Under the pieces are notes generated by a model, which saw nothing but the letters and a program-made list of their open reading frames with translations, was not told the DNA's origin and did not search any database. A DNA stretch of 63,931 bases, counting the filler, from Octopus bimaculoides (Eukaryota), in assembly GCF_001194135.2 (NCBI RefSeq). It is 5 parts of 5 records of this genome, joined end to end, with 100 filler letters (N's around TTAATTAATTAA, not from the genome) between each part and the next. Parts side by side here need not be neighbours in the genome. Positions count along the whole stretch, not along the records: positions 61,713 to 63,931 come from NW_026374154.1; 4 more parts are not named here. One strand, written 5' to 3'. This document shows positions 62,128 through 63,931 of this stretch, one piece after another (within the stretch, counting starts at the first letter, position 1; every line of letters begins with the position of its first letter). The position numbers and the translations under genes are program-made.

Positions 62128-62818
62128 GTGAAGAGAATAAGAGAAGGACATAAAGAGATTTACTATGAACGCAAGAGGTAAGGCGTGTGGAGGCGAAAAT
62201 ATTCGGGCAGTGAAAAAGAGAAATGTGAATTTTAAATTTCCAATATATAATCAAATTTTCAAACATTAAGTTTTCTTTTAGAAATATTTCAATTGAAGAA
62301 ATCGAGACTTGTGATAATTTATGACTTCTTACATCAGATATTGATTACAAATAACAGATCTAATTCACAAAAACAGGAGATTCATCTTTCATCACGTTTT
62401 ATTCGTTCGTCATACACATATCAACATTATTGCGTTGAACCGACGTGGATGAAATCTTTACGTTGTTGATCGACGTTTCAGAAATAACAGCTACAAAATC
62501 ATGCTGCTCTCTTATATCAATGAAGAAGAAAAGAAAGCAGACATTCGAGGATGTGGTTCTGATTACACCACAGATTATAAGTATAATATTTCATTAAGGT
62601 TATTTCAACAGATACTTTATAGAGATTATAGCCAGCACTGCTTCTTTGCTATAACGTTTCGTATCTAAACGTCAGATTTAAACAATGAGATCGAAGACAA
62701 AAATGGGTAATGAGTGTATATGCCATATTTCAAGGTGTTTTCCCTTCATCAGCACCCATCTAACCCATTCTCGCCCCCGAACACATTGCTTATACAACCA
62801 CCGTATACAGCGATGTTA

Positions 62819-63156
62819 TGTTATTGGATATACTAATTTACATATTAAACGCATTCCTGGAGCTGGTACGTAAATAATAATGATTTGTAGAGGTTTGGTA
62901 TTTCGTTATGAAACCGTAATATACTACAAAGTATATTAAATGTTTTAATAAGTTAATACAACGTTCTACTGCGTTAGCAGTGCTTTCTACATTATTTTGC
63001 AACGCAGTAGAACGTGGTATTGACTTATAAAACATTTGATACGTTTTATAGTATACTATGCTTCCATAACAAAATACCACGTACCTACAAATCATTTGTC
63101 TTTAAGTACCAGCTCCAGGAATGCGTTTAATATGTAAATTGGTAAATCTAATAACA
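62819..63156. repeat. Long imperfect inverted repeat (about 155-bp arms, 25-nt loop); partial third arm at about 63185-63275
   Basis: Left arm 62819-62975 versus right arm 63001-63156, including a perfect block AATTTACATATTAAACGCATTCCTGGAGCTGGTAC. Confidence 0.92.
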
Positions 63157-63614
63157 AAATGTTACTATCATACAAAATAATGTTAAAAGTACTGCTAACG
63201 CATTAAAAGCAATTAATATACCTTATAGTATATTATGGTTGCATAATGAAATACCACGTCCCTATAAGTCATAAGAATAATAGATCTTTGTGGCTACAAT
63301 GCTTTTGATCATGTCTTCCATACCTTGACTCTACCTAGGTCGAAGTGAAACTAAAAGCAACTACAAAAATAAAAGCAATCGCAAGAAATGCTATTTACTT
63401 GCTCGGTGGGCTCTATGTATCAGATAAATATTAATAAAAAAATAAATAAACTTTAATTAGACTTATTCATTTTAAAGAGTTTAGATATTTTTTTTCTTGA
63501 AACCTAAGACACATAAGGCTGGTTATCCGGTCTACACACTGTGTCAGTGTATAGGATGATAATATTCCCAATGAACGGGACAAAGAACCGTTGTAATGTT
63601 TCAGGTTAGAAAAG

Positions 63615-63780
63615 TTTTAGCGGAGGGAACAAACAGGTCGATTACATCAACCCCTGTATTTTATTGGTATTTTATTTCAGCGAACCGAAGAAATGAAAAG
63701 TGAATTTGACCTCAACGGGGTTTGAGCTCAAAACATAAACAATCAGGAGAAATACCGCTCAGTATTTTGTCCGCTGAGCT
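63615..63780 (-). mobile_element. SINE family A copy (decayed)
   Basis: GTCGATTACATCAACCCC..TTTGACCTC..TTTGAGCTCAAAAC. Confidence 0.65.
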
Positions 63781-63931
63781 CATCATATTGACAGGTAAGC
63801 AGTCCAAAGCCCGAAAACGGATGAACTTGACACTACCCTGGTGCTCATAGATCTGCTCATTGAGGTTTTTACCTGTAGAAAAGATTATTATTATTATTCA
63901 GTAGTTTTATTTTTATAACGTGCTTTCACTT

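Noticed and set aside
62838-63095. 85-aa minus-strand ORF
   Set aside because: Lies wholly within the long inverted repeat; no protein-like motif.

Overview
AT-rich, microsatellite-dense eukaryotic genomic DNA whose SINE/LINE repertoire points to an octopus genome (inference; no database search run). The window is not one locus. Four identical artificial spacers (44 N + TTAATTAATTAA + 44 N) join five pieces: 1-29996, 30097-53995, 54096-58071, 58172-61612 and 61713-63931. Two host genes are recognisable, both in piece 2 and arranged head-to-head: the first coding exon of histone chaperone ASF1 (minus, 33855-33963) and the first coding exon of a VMAC-like coiled-coil gene (plus, 50245-50472). 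The rest is intronic or intergenic DNA filled with decayed mobile elements: RTE, CR1, HERO/NeSL-type and Tx1/L1-like non-LTR elements, Penelope-like elements, a Helitron with intact ends, Tc1/mariner and piggyBac-like MITEs, and dozens of tRNA-derived SINEs. Nearly all ORF-track entries are microsatellite, N-gap or repeat artefacts. There is no CRISPR array, rRNA or bona fide tRNA gene. The leads most worth checking are structured motifs: a twice-repeated 11-17-11 palindrome between the two genes, variant minimal hammerheads at Penelope ends, a P4-less HDV-like fold at an RTE 5' end, and covarying stem-loop arrays behind a gag-like ORF. SINE and relic boundaries are approximate (read by eye).
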